From Octopus vulgaris (taxonomy: Eukaryota): 64,000 nt of DNA. Each line of letters begins with the position of its first letter. The stretch's first letter is position 1. A model generated the notes under the pieces. The model ran no database searches. It saw only the letters and a list, made by a program, of their open reading frames with translations, and was not told where the DNA came from. The stretch is taken from contig OX597814.1 of assembly GCA_951406725.2 (NCBI GenBank), positions 50,344,001-50,408,000 of the forward strand, read 5' to 3'. The position numbers and the translations under genes are program-made. Below, in pieces: positions 25,801-38,154 of the stretch.

Positions 25801-28800
25801 TCGTGAGCCTTCCAACAAAAACATAGTTTTGAAATGTTTGAAACAAGATATAATTTGGGGCCAGTTTCACAGGTCGAGAATAACTCCTTATGACGACATC
25901 TGCGAATATTATGGATACATCCGTTATTTTAAAATGTCAACCACTTCGCCACTTTACTTACTGCATGACCACTTGGCAACCACGTCTTTGTGTTGATTGT
26001 ATGTCGGTAGTTTGTATGCATGTAGATAACCAGAACTTACTCTTTATTTCGTTCTTCCCCGACAGCAATGAAAGTGCCATAGTTGTCAGTGATGAGCTGT
26101 GTCACTCAGTGTATCTCCCGATGCGTCTTTTCCATGTTATATTTAAAGGAATTAAAACTTTTATCCTTCAAATCATGCCAAAAATATCCATAACTAATAT
26201 TTAAATTTACCATTTTTATTATTAGTTCCATAAAGATGATACACCACGTATTACAGTTCGAGAATTTGAAGCATTCGAACGAATAAATTTATGAAATATT
26301 TTTATAAGTTGGAGACAGTTTCGCAGGTCAAATGAAGATAGCTAATAACAGAATAGTTAGATCAGCGTAGTTTTACAATCTGTACTCCTTAAAGTATCAA
26401 GTTCACTGCTGTATCAACAAGTAAGCGTTTCAAAATAAAAATATTTGCTTAAATAATGAAGTATTGTATTCATAGATGTACATGCATCTCTAATCTGTTG
26501 AATTTAACTCTGCAAATTTCGTACTAAATACTTTGTTCGAATTTTCTTACCGGATATGTAATCCTCTGGTATTTCCTCACTGCACACGTTTTTTTTTTTA
26601 TTATCAAACATTCGACAACAATAAAGTTGAAAGTCACTCATAAAAGTCTCACTACTTTGGAAAGAGTCTGCAAATGATGTGGACAGTCGCTCGCTTCCTC
26701 GACCGAGTTAATAAGGCTTCGACTAGTAATTTACTTTATCGTTCCTGGAGGGATGGATGCAAAACTGACCCTCATGAGAACTGAATAGGGAGAGCAAAAA
26801 GCCGAAACGCAATAGTTAATGACACAATTCATAATAACACTAAAACACTAAACAAGTCAATCTAGTTTGAAATAAATGCTGAGTACGAAGAGATTTGATG
26901 TATAAATAATGAGCTAACCCTGTATTGGCCGACTTAGCCTATTTTATACCCTAACTACTATAACATGCAGACGAGCAACAGAGATGTCCTATTAGTATGT
27001 CAGCATTTACGTTTGACATATATATTCTGTCGATCTTATTGTAGTCTATTTCCTCAAATTAGATCCTTGCTGAAAGTAAAATCGTCGTGTGTATTCTCCA
27101 TTGCTACGTTAATTAAAACTATACATGATTATATGTCCTATTAGAAACAACTAGACACCTGAAACAGAAATCAACTCACCTAAGACTGTATTAGCCATTT
27201 AATTATTACGCAGTTACTCGGCAGTTCGAAATACCTTTGAAATCTACCTCGAATCCCTATGTTTAAAATAAAGAAACATACATTAGGCAGTATAGTATCT
27301 CGTATACGATAAGACAGATTTGCCACATCTGGAACGCTTTTGTTCTCAGATATGTTTAACCAGATATAACGGAGTATAAACAGCAGCATCAACAACATTA
27401 AAAAAAAACTATCCTATCATCTAAAGAAAAATGTTAATATATCTAGTTTTGACATCGAAACTTCTTGTTTAATGGCACAATCACCGGTAACATGCTGAAT
27501 TCGATGCAATCTGCAAACGACTCTACTTACACTTTCGAAAGAAAACCTTGTGACTTTATAAGAAATCATTTGTTGCAATAAACAAACCAATAAATCCATA
27601 GAACCATTACGAGATGCATTTCATTTATATATGTATTTATTTGATTCTTTATATTTGTATGCCTAAGTAAAAGTGTTAAATACTATTTCGCTTTTCTATT
27701 TGTATAAGAATGATTTATTACTCATATGGTGTAGGCAATTGTCTTAATATGGTTCTACGATTATATTTACGACTTAACGTTATATTATTTTACTTTGTTT
27801 TTGAATACTGCTTTTCATGCGTAAGTGTTTCTGTTTAAGTCGATGCAAAAGAGAAGATATTAATTGAAATTATGTATATGAGAATGGGCGTGCGCGTGTG
27901 AGCTAGTAAATACATATTAGACATTCACTACTGTACAAGAATATTGGTTAGTAATCTCCAGAGATTTCCTTCACGTATAGTTTCTTCAATTGTTGAGCTA
28001 CCTCACATGGCCTTTACATATCAACTTAATGCATTATTCCCGCGGGGATAAAAAGCTTCAATAATTTTACGTGCACGGCGTGTTACAAACGTTCTCTCAA
28101 CTAACTGTTGCCGTTATACAATGCTAGATGCTTCCTATGAGACTCGCCAAAAGTCTTTAAAGAACTGATGCTTCATACAAATACTAATTTCATATCAATT
28201 TCGAAATGCCCTTAATATTGTTCGCTTTTCCCCTATGATATCTGAAAACCCCATTGATCTTATTCTTAGCTTCACCACTTCATCTATTTACTGTGTTTAT
28301 TTCGGTTACGTATAAAGATAGATAATGCACTACTAACACTGCCTTCTGTATAAGGGAAAGAGGAACGAACTTATTGAAAACGTGGAATAAGTCGAATAAA
28401 TGCGAGCAAGTAATAGTTATTCTAATTGTGTTTACTAATCTCTGAATGCATTCAAACGTACTTGGATATATTTAATCCACTCTGAAAGTATTTTATTCAC
28501 ACTTCAATCTACTTACCTTCAGCTATATCTATTTGTTTCTCAGCATGCATATCTATTTATAGGTATCGATCTGATTAAATAGACAATGGTAAATATGCAC
28601 ATCCATATCACAAGATTCAGGGTAGTTGTTACTTCGCTGCTGAGTTGTTCTCACGCCGGAAACACCCTCCCGTCTTAGCCAGATTGAATTATGAGTATCA
28701 CAGCGATACATTCAGTTGTATACTGGCTATAGAGACAGTAGTGTTACCGAAAAAGCTGAAACCGGGACAATGAAAATAAAGGATGGTGCTTTTTGTATCA

Positions 28801-29380
28801 CTGCTTTCGCTCAAACAGTTATAAAAACACATACACTATGAGTAGGTCTGTGAGATAGATAGCGTGTATTTGCTTGTGTCAGAATAACGATAATTAGTGA
28901 AATCCCGAACATCACGAATAAAATTGCAACAAAATGAAGCAGTAGATACCATACAGATATAACTACAGAGAAGAACCTAGAAGATGTGGTTTAAAGATAC
29001 AGATACAGCGGGGGAAACCTTGGATTATCACTAACGATGGCGTGTCATAAATTAATATAGATCATGGCTAAATTGTTATGAACTTTTGTTTTTTTTTTAA
29101 TATCTAATTTGTTGCGCACTGCCAGTACTATAAATCATTGCGCAGATCGGTGTTAGCTCAGGTAAGAACTAGTGAAATCCGGCGTTGGCATTTTATTTTT
29201 CGACAAACCCCATAAATTCATTTTAATTCATTCAAGGCTACCTCTTAAGTAGCATCTTGGACCGTCTCTGTTCTTCTCTCCCCAGTCTGTCTGTCTTTCT
29301 CTCTCTCTCTCTCTCACTACATACACACACGCATACATGCATATATACATACTTACACACATACACACATACATATTTCA

Positions 29381-29757
29381 TGGCACTCCGTCGGTTATGA
29401 CGACGAGGTTTTCAGTTGATCCGATCAACTGAACAGCCTGCTCATGAAATTAATGTGCAAGTGGCTGAGCACTCCATAGACACGTGTATCTTTAACGTAG
29501 TTCTCAGGGAAATTCAGCGTGAAACAGACAGTGACAAGGCTGGTTCTTTGAAATACAGGTACAACAGTAACAGAAAGAAAGAGTGAGAGAAAGTTGCGGT
29601 GAAAGAGTGCAGCAGGGTTCGTCACCACGTTCTGCTGGAGCCTCGTGAAGCTTTAGGTATTTTCGCTCAATAAACACTCACAACGCCCGGTCTGAGAATC
29701 AAAACCGCGATCCTACGACTGCGAGTCTGCTGCCCTAACCACTGGGCCATTGCGACT

Positions 29758-29760
<3 letters not shown>
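29381..29760 (-). mobile_element. tRNA-derived SINE (family C), about 380 bp
   Basis: Minus strand starts GGAGTCGCAATGGCCCAGTGGTTAGGGCAGCAGACTCGCAGTC...GGTTTTGATTC (A and B boxes); inserted between CA/TA repeats. Confidence 0.85.
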
Positions 29761-29795
<35 letters not shown>

Positions 29796-29844
29796 ATATA
29801 TATATATATACATACTTACATACATATACATACATAGCTAAGTA

Positions 29845-29884
<40 letters not shown>

Positions 29885-30634
29885 AATATCTATATATATG
29901 TGTGTGTCTGTGCGTTTGTGTGTTAACGTATTATTTCCTTGGATCAGCAGGGTGATCGTAATACCGTTGGTGTTAGAGTAAATGTATATGTGCATATCTG
30001 CCTCTGTGGGTGTGTATGTACCTATATTGTGTATATGTATGTGTAGCTGTTTATATGCGCCTGTATGTGCGCATATGTACCTGTATGGCTCTGTGTCAAG
30101 TCCTTAAATTTTCATACTGCCGATTCTTTGATGCAAATTTTGGGTTGCTTAACTGAAATTATTTAATTATCTAATTACCAGAGTGAAATTGAACTAAAGT
30201 CAATATGATTGACTGATTCCTTGAAGATGTTGCTTCGGTATTAATGCACTCCAATGACTAAAACCAGTAAAAGAGTATGAATATATATGCGCCATACGTC
30301 GTGTGAATATCTGTTTGCATGTATACACCCATGCACACATACACACATACATATATGTGTGTGTGTATGTAAATATATTATATTTTTCTCTCCTTTTTTC
30401 TCTTTCTTTTCTCTTTTCTTTCTCTCCTTTTTTTCCTCTCATATTTCTCTCCTTGTTTTTCTCCTTGTTTCTTTCTGTGTTCCTTTCTGTGGAAGAGCGT
30501 AGGCACGAAACGTTAAAAACTTTTTCAATTCCCAAGTGTTATACTAATACATCTGTTTGCTTTCTACACCATTGTCTTCGTCTTATGTTTTTTTCGTGAA
30601 TTTTCCTTACATATATATATATATATATATATAT

Positions 30635-30737
30635 ATCATAAGGACATACGCATACGTCTGCCTGCTAGAAATGAGAGCTAAAACCCTCGCTTAGGTCTCA
30701 TTTCTAGCAGGTAGACGTATGCGAACGTTCTTATGAT
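30635..30737. repeat. Fold-back palindrome with 47-bp arms and a 9-nt loop
   Basis: Arms 30635-30681 and 30691-30737; 5 differences, two of which are G-U compatible on the + strand. Confidence 0.92.
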
Positions 30738-33223
30738 TAATATCATTTTAATTTTATAGCTCTATAATGCTATTTTAGTCCTGAAACCACCTATATTAAT
30801 GTTGATGTTATTATTTACTATTTATATTGTCTTCGATAATAATAGCTATATTAATATCTATATAAATATTCAGTCCTGAATATTTGCTCCTGATATATAT
30901 ATATATATATATATAGTAAAGATTATTTGTCAATAGAATGTGCCCCAGGAAATAACCTTTTCCAGCTGGCTGTCGACACAGTTTGTGTCCGTATAGTGTA
31001 AACAAGGAAGGTCATCGCTTCGATCTTTACGTGATACTCACAGACCTAGGTTTCTGGGCTTTTCCCGTCCTCGGTGCGAGACAATCACAGGCTAGTGACG
31101 GGATCTCATTCAACTTGCTTACACTCTATATTTTTAAGCGATATACCACCGTTGACCTCGTAAAGAGGAAAACAGCTAGTTTTAAATCTTTTTCTTGGGC
31201 CTAAACAACAGGATCATCATTCTTGTATAGGACTATCACATTCTGCTGGCAGATAAACTTAACTATTTGATACTGTAACTGCACATCTCTCGCTCAGAGA
31301 ATTAAAATTAGCTGTTTTTCTCTTTATATAGATATATATTACAGTGAACAAATAAGCGTCGAATTCGTCGAATTCCGATTGTTTTAATTTTTATTAGAAT
31401 TTTATCAGAATTTATCATCAGAATAAAGGAAGCACCCATGATATTGCTAGGTCTGTTGAGAATAGTAAGATCGATACAAATGATGTTCAGTTTAATAGTT
31501 TGAAATCTCTTATGGCAGAAACATTGAAAGTCTTTGCTGATGTTAAGGGAATCAACAGCGTTTTCAATGCAGTTCTAAGGGGAGATAAATCACTAATGCA
31601 TGATATGTTACGCGACAGGAAAATTACATAACCTAGTTAGTACCAACACCCGCTACCTTGAGGCCTTTAGCGAAATCCATGTAGTTGCAAGCGAGAAGAC
31701 TTCGTCTCCAATCTCGGGAAGACTGCCTTGCTCCTTTCATGAAGATCGGAAAAAAGGTCTATGACTGCTGCCCTTCTTCTTCTTCAGATTAAGTCGTTAA
31801 TATAAGTGTAATAGTTCTGTCACTAGGGAAACCATATTCCCAAAATACATGTGTACTACTTGTGTTGTATGGTGGAAATATTTAATGTAAAACACCAAAA
31901 TTCTAATTAGAGTTACTCAGGGGATGAGGACAGAGCAACATTACCTCAGTGACTGAAATAATTTTAATATTTTTGGGAAAGACGGATAAACAAATTCAGA
32001 TATACTACGGGCTTAATAGGCCTTCTCAGATAAACCCACACTTTCATTTACGTGCCGATAAGGAAATTGATAATTATAATAGAAATTGTAACAATGAAAC
32101 AATGAAAACTGAGAGCATTAAAAATAGCAAATTATTGAAAGTAATTACTTAGAGACACCATCTGCAAGAAATACTTAAGGAGAGTTGAGCCTATTCAATG
32201 CAGAATTTCCAAACTCTAATTGGTGATGCTAAGATCGTGATGAGCTATAACTAGGAGAATGTTTTCAATAAAACTATCCAGTCTCTTCACTAACTCTGGC
32301 GATGTGAGTAAAATGAAATAGTCCAGGAAATTTATTTAACCCTGGGGCCAATCCTGATTGAGCAACCTAATAACACGTATAGTGCCGGTCTGATGGCAAA
32401 TAATGGATCCGCCTGAAATTAATTAAAGAATATTCTGAACTGATACATCGCGTGGTTATAGTGTGGTACTATAGGAATGCTGCTTTTTACCTCCTAAATT
32501 ATATGCCAATTTACTCAGACGGTCGCCAAATCGGAGGTGAGAAAGGTGGATTTGGTCAGTGAGTTTCTCTTCCCTCTCTTACAATCTTAGGCAGGAAAAA
32601 GAGAGTGCACCCATAACTTTGGCAGTTTCCTCGAGACTGCGGGAATTGTCGTTCTTGTTATTTTGTTTAGACAACTGTAAGTCACTGTTTACAAGAAGAA
32701 CCTAGGTGTGAAGGGAATTCCAGATGGTCGGCGATCTTGAGGATAATGGTAAAGTAGTGAGCATAGGATTGATCGAGATACACAGTAGTGATAAAGAACG
32801 GTCGAAAGACAGATATATTGGGTGGATCTTGATGAAGATAATATGCAGCTAATTAGTTCATAGGAGCATGACTTGTAGTAGTAGCAATGCAAAAGGCAGA
32901 TTGAAGAGACAGCACATGATTGAGTCTTTGCCAATCATTCGCTAGATTTTGTTCATCTTCGTAAAATATCAGCATCTTATATGAGAGAGCTGTATACCAC
33001 TGTAGGTCATGTATTACGGTAAGAGTCGGGAGATAAACAGAGTTGAAGTATTTTCCAGTTTAGGAGAAAAAGGTTAATCTTTAGATTGTGATTTTTGCTG
33101 AGTTAAATACATATGGAATCAGGATAGATTATGAGAGATTTTGATGCCTATCACTTGTTACTACTTTAAATGTTTTTATTGTTTATTTTCCTCAACCTGA
33201 CACGATGTTTGAACTGGAAGTAT

Positions 33224-33627
33224 ATTTGAACCTTGTAACAAAATTGTATTTACACGCATCACTGCTTAGCGCTGTCATCCCGTATTTTATTTATTGCGAG
33301 ATGTTTGAATTGCGCAACCAGTCATTGAACAATGGCGGGAATATCATAAGAGGGAGCTGTCTCTCGTGTCAGTTCGCGGTGTCTGCCTCTCCTGTTTGTG
33401 TTGCTGAAGAGGAGATAATCACCCCGAAGTGCATGCATCCAACAGTCTGGTTAGGAGAACTGTGTACTGACACGGCGTATTTACAACTATTAGCCTACAG
33501 CGAAAACTTTTCTCCATGACAAGATACAGTGAATGGTTTTCTTACGGGTTCGAATATGCTTCGGGCACATTTGAATTGATTACAAGTTTGTATTTATACA
33601 TATCAATTCTTAGCGCTGTCATCCCGT
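33224..33627 (+). mobile_element. Partial-tandem non-coding element (PLE pLTR/retrozyme-like)
   Basis: ~60-bp direct repeats at 33224-33283 and 33569-33627, both ending CTTAGCGCTGTCATCCCGT, with a hammerhead motif between them. Confidence 0.7.
33399..33444 (+). ncRNA. Minimal type I hammerhead ribozyme motif
   Basis: TGTTG-CTGAAGA-GGAGA TAA TCACC-CC-GAAG-TGCATGCA-TC-CAACA: perfect 5-bp stem I, palindromic stem III, GAAA changed to GAAG. Confidence 0.7.
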
Positions 33628-34199
33628 GTATGTATGTGTGTGTGTGTGTATGTGTGTGTTTGTGTGTGTGTAAACATTATCGGTGGCACATAGTGTATGT
33701 TTTATGTTTATACACCAAATCAGCTGCGGAATAGCGTCCTGAGATAGCCCCCTACGCGACGCCGAATGTTGAAGAACACCTGAATGTTACAGACCAGGTG
33801 AAACAACTCGCCTCGGAATCACCGATAATGGTAGATACCGATATTTTGTTGTTACAGAGGCTTTAAAATACCATGTCCACGGATCGTCTCTAAACGAGGA
33901 GAATCATTGTTGTGTGATTTATATACAAATTGGGTGAAGTCTGTTTACTCGTGTGCATTGGCATAGCACTAGTGAAAGTAAATTAAATTACAAACTAAAA
34001 TTATTTTCTAGTAATATAAACATTACCGGTCGCACATTCATAGTGAGAGTAAGATTTTTAAAAAAAAGCCAAACTCGCTATCTTCAATTCTATTTTCCCG
34101 CCTATTCTCACATGATCATGAATATTGGTAACGACCGAAAGAGTACGGTCGTAAATACAAATGGCTAAAATGGAATTCCTCCAAAGGATCTAGTTCCAG

Positions 34200-34482
34200 T
34201 ACTACGGACATGTGTTTAGAAAGTTGCAAGAAGGAATCATGAGACGGATACTTGATGTCAAAACGACTGGCAGGAAACCTAAGGGTAGACCAAGAATGAG
34301 ATGGTTGGATGAAATCTAAAGTCTCAGTTAGTCACAATTGGGAATCCATCCGGAAAATATAATGATGGTCGCTTCAAATAGGTAGAGTCCTCAGACTCCT
34401 CCTTCATAGAAGGAGTAGCCCGAGGGCTCTATCCCCCAACCCTCAGGAACAGTGGGCGAGTAAATTGATCGATGGATGGAAC
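34200..34482 (+). mobile_element. RTE-clade (Expander/Rex3-like) LINE 3' end
   Basis: Encodes YGHVFRK...TTGRKPKGRPRMRWLDEI and ends in GATGGATGG. Confidence 0.78.
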
Positions 34483-34844
34483 AGAATTAACAAATACGAA
34501 GAAAATCTTGGTGAAGTGAAAGATGAAAAGCTGGACGATTATGGAGAGTAGTCACGGCAAAGAGTGGGGGAGGGAGAGGAAGAGAGAAAAAGAGGAGAGA
34601 GACGGGGATGACTGCCAACATATAATAAGATACAGGAGCAAGTGAAGAAGGGATGTCAACTCCGAAAGCATATAATAGTTTGTTTCTGAAATGTACGAAA
34701 TAAACTGAAAGAAAATGATTTAGTTTTGGAGACGGCAAGTGTGGGTGATTTATTATGAATTTGGTATAAATGTACTTTTTTCACGAACTTAGTACAGACA
34801 TACATACATTCATATACATATAGGCACATAGATACATGTGTGTA

Positions 34845-34930
<86 letters not shown>

Positions 34931-35326
34931 CATAATGTAAAGGAATATATATGCATAAGTTTAGGCTATTCTTAGGGCATATGGTACTGAAAAATATAAA
35001 TGAAACTGAAACTGTTTTCCGTTGAAAGTTCTTTTGTTGCTTTTTTTTTTATATCGTACCTTGGAGAATATGTAAATAATATCCGATGTGATGTTATACC
35101 GAAGTCTCGAATGCTCATCACTCATTTCAGTTTTTTCTATTTTTAGTCAGATATGTCTTCATTATGTCTTGACTTCAATATTGAGTATAAAGTAATATAA
35201 AGCAATATAAACATGAATTGACTGTTGACCGCGTGTAGTTCAACTAACTAAATGATATTGCAGGTCATGTGCACTACCACTGCTTCTTATTGAAGACATG
35301 TTTCTTTTTGGCATGATGATATTTAA

Positions 35327-35740
35327 GGCAGTGAGCTGGCAGAAACGTTAGCACGCCGGGCGAAATGATTAGCGGTATTTCGTCTGTCTTTACGTTCTTA
35401 GTTCAAATTCCGCCGGTGTCGATTTTGCCTTTCATCCTTTCGGCGTCGATGAAATAAGTACCAGTTACGTACTGGGGTCGATACAATCGACTTAATTCGT
35501 TTGTCTGTCCTTGTTTGTCCTCTCTCTGTTTAGCCCCTTGTGGGTAGTAAAGAAATAGGTGTTTCGTCTGTCTTTACGTTCTGAGTTTGAATTCCGCCGA
35601 TGTCGACTTTGCCTTTCATTCTATCAGGGTCGATGAAATAAGTACCAATCACGCACTGGGGTCGATATAATCGACTTAATCCGTTTGTCTGTCCTTGTTT
35701 CTCCCCTCTGTGTGTAGCTCCTTGTGGGCAGTAAAGAAAT
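35327..35740 (+). mobile_element. SINE family A partial tandem dimer
   Basis: Full unit 35327-35560, then a second unit lacking the first ~45 bp (TTTCGTCTGTCTTTACG...GTAAAGAAAT). Confidence 0.92.
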
Positions 35741-35953
35741 GCTTCCACCACAAATGACATTGCTAAAAGAATCTGAGAATAATACCCACGCAAATATTAA
35801 AAACGATAGATATATTAAGAACAATCGGTACCTATGAATTTATTTAGAACAGTTCCTACCACTACTGCTACAACCACAACAGGTCACTTTTAGGTCACAT
35901 GATTAAAGCAGATTCCACGGACAGCCTCTACTACTGTCTCATACCACTTCTGT

Positions 35954-36098
35954 CTTCTTCTTCTTCTTCTTCTTCTTCTTCTTCTTCTTCTTCTTCTTCT
36001 TCTTCTTCTTCTTCTTCTTCTTCTTCTTCTTCTTCTTCTTCTTCTTCTTCTTCTTCTTCTTCTTCTTCTTCTTCTTCTTCTTCTTCTTCTTCTTCTTC
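35954..36098. repeat. (TTC)n microsatellite
   Basis: Direct reading. Confidence 0.98.
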
Positions 36099-36216
36099 GC
36101 CTTCCCCTTCCTAGGCTGCTGTGCTTAAACCATCAAACTTCAGGACCAAATATTTCTCAGTACCCATAAATACTATTTTTTCAGATCTCCTACTATCGAC
36201 TGAGCCTTCACAAAGG

Positions 36217-36264
<48 letters not shown>

Positions 36265-36465
36265 GAGAAAAGGAAGATGTCCTGGCTGTTTGAAGACTAC
36301 GGGAATATTTACAAGACATTTGTTTTAATTCTTTCTTCAATCTAATTGTTTTTCTTCTTAATATCTACCTTTGTTTACCCTTACTGAAAAAGTCGAAAAT
36401 CTATTTCATGCTAAAATTATTTTAGCATTTTCTACCTTGTCTTATTTTCCTTAGATATACATACT

Positions 36466-36536
<71 letters not shown>

Positions 36537-36575
36537 GTACATGTATATGTATATGTATATGTATAGTATATGTAT

Positions 36576-36985
36576 ATGTAAAAAAATACAAACTGGGACA
36601 AGAACGCAAAGCATTTAGAAGACAATACAAAAAACACGGACGGGACATTCGAAGCCTTCAATCTTCAGTCAAGAACCGGATCATCCTCGCAATTTCGGCT
36701 GATTACTCTTGAGATTGCTCCGACCTGGCCAGCCCCAAAGGAAAATCTAAGCCAAGCGCATTAGATTCCTTGGAAGAAAGCCTCGAATGTATACAAAACA
36801 AGGACGGGAACGAATAAGAATACAAAAATACGTAAAAATAATAATGATAACCTGAATAAGAATACGAAAATACGTAAAAACAATAATGATAATAATAATA
36901 ACAAAAACAGGACGTCACAGACAAGCGTCTTTTCGACAGGACGGGTGAACTTGAGCTGGCGCATTAGAAAAATGTCTTGAGGCGA
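36576..36985 (-). mobile_element. Family H1 non-coding repeat, copy 2
   Basis: Shares AATGCGCCAG, AAGAC.CTTGT, CATTCGA, TTCTTCCA...AATCTA, GCTTAG.TTTTC, the ribozyme block and the TTCGAATGTCC.GTCCGTGTTT...TACAT end with 12139-12543. Confidence 0.82.
36658..36730 (-). ncRNA. Putative non-circularly permuted hammerhead ribozyme (H1 copy 2)
   Basis: Minus strand: CCAGGTC-GGA-GCAAT-C-TCAAGA-GTAA-TCAG-CC-GAAA-TTGC-GAGGAT-GATCCGG-T-TCTTGA-CTGAAGA-TTGA. Confidence 0.72.
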
Positions 36986-37312
36986 AGAGAGAAAAAAATG
37001 TGTCCAAAGTTAGTCACGTGTGAGGAGAAGAGAGAGGAAAAGAGGGACAGAGGAAGAGAAAAAAAGGGGAACAAGGAACAAAGGAGGAGGAGAAGAGAGA
37101 GAGAGTGAGAGAGAGAGAGAGAGAGAGAAAGAGACAGATCAAAGTGGAGTGCAAAGTGTGAAAGGCAGAGAAATGTAGGAGAGGGGGAGAGAGGGACAGT
37201 GTTATAGAGTCGTACCAAGTTTATACATATATACGTATATATATATACATATATATATATATACATATATATATAAATATATACATATATATATGTATGT
37301 ATGTATATATAT

Positions 37313-37371
<59 letters not shown>

Positions 37372-37386
37372 AATATATATATAGGG

Positions 37387-37461
37387 CTAGTTCGACGAGT
37401 CGTGTTCTGTCCTCACCTTCGAAACACGCTGGAGTTGAACTAGGGACAGCTGATGAGGGGG
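37387..37461 (+). ncRNA. Putative non-circularly permuted hammerhead ribozyme (second family, H2)
   Basis: P0 CTAGTTCGAC 37387-96/GTTGAACTAG 37434-43; stem III CGTGT 37401-05/ACACG 37424-28; site T37406 (GUU); stem I CTGTCC 37407-12/GGACAG 37444-49; CTGATGA 37450-56; stem II GGGGG 37457-61/CCTTC 37416-20; GAAA 37421-24. Confidence 0.75.
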
Positions 37462-37848
37462 ATTTTTCCTTGTGTAGTTTGTCCAGTACTCTGTTTTTTT
37501 TTTCTTTGTAAAAATAAGGTTCGTTCCATGCTTATTTTTACGTTTTCGTTCTCGTTGAGTTCTGCGTCTATTTGTGATGTCCTGTACTCACGTATATATA
37601 TTTATATATGCATGTATATATACATGTAGATGTAGGTACGTACATATATGTATGTATGTATGCATATATTTTATTTATTACACTATTGTATGACTGAGCG
37701 CCTTCGCGTCGATTCGATTTGACTCGTTCCGTTTCGTTTCGTTTCTTCTTCTTCTTCTCCCAGTACAGTTTATATATATATATATATATATATACGTTTA
37801 AATATTTGTTGTGCAAGATTTTTTATGTGAAGTCGTGTCTTGAAACAG

Positions 37849-38154
37849 ATATTGTTATATTTCGGAATGGTCAATTTGCCAGTTTAGCCAATAAAAACAC
37901 ACGCACTATATATTTGGTGTTACTTTGCTTCAGTGTTATTTATTTTTTACATTAATCTAGTAAGGAGAGACACAAATAACTGAGAAGAAAACAAAGGACC
38001 ACTGATGCGGTCACAGGAGTGTGACGAAAGAACTCTGGCCGAAATAAGATTAAGATTAATGTAAAAAATAAATAACACTGAAGCAAAGTAACACCAAATA
38101 TATAGTGCGTGTGTTTTTATTAGCTAAACTGGCAAAATGACCATTCTGAAATAT

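Noticed and set aside
27170-28580. Minus-strand donor-like sites (AG|GTGAGT at ~27180, AG|GTAAGT at ~28517) with short candidate exons
   Set aside because: The 27180 candidate has stops in all three frames; cannot be distinguished from chance without RNA data.
29690-29760. tRNA-like sequence
   Set aside because: It is the head of a SINE, lacks a complete cloverleaf and continues into SINE body.
33224-33627. CRISPR- or LTR-like reading of the direct repeats
   Set aside because: Only two imperfect repeats, no TG...CA ends or PBS, and eukaryotic context.
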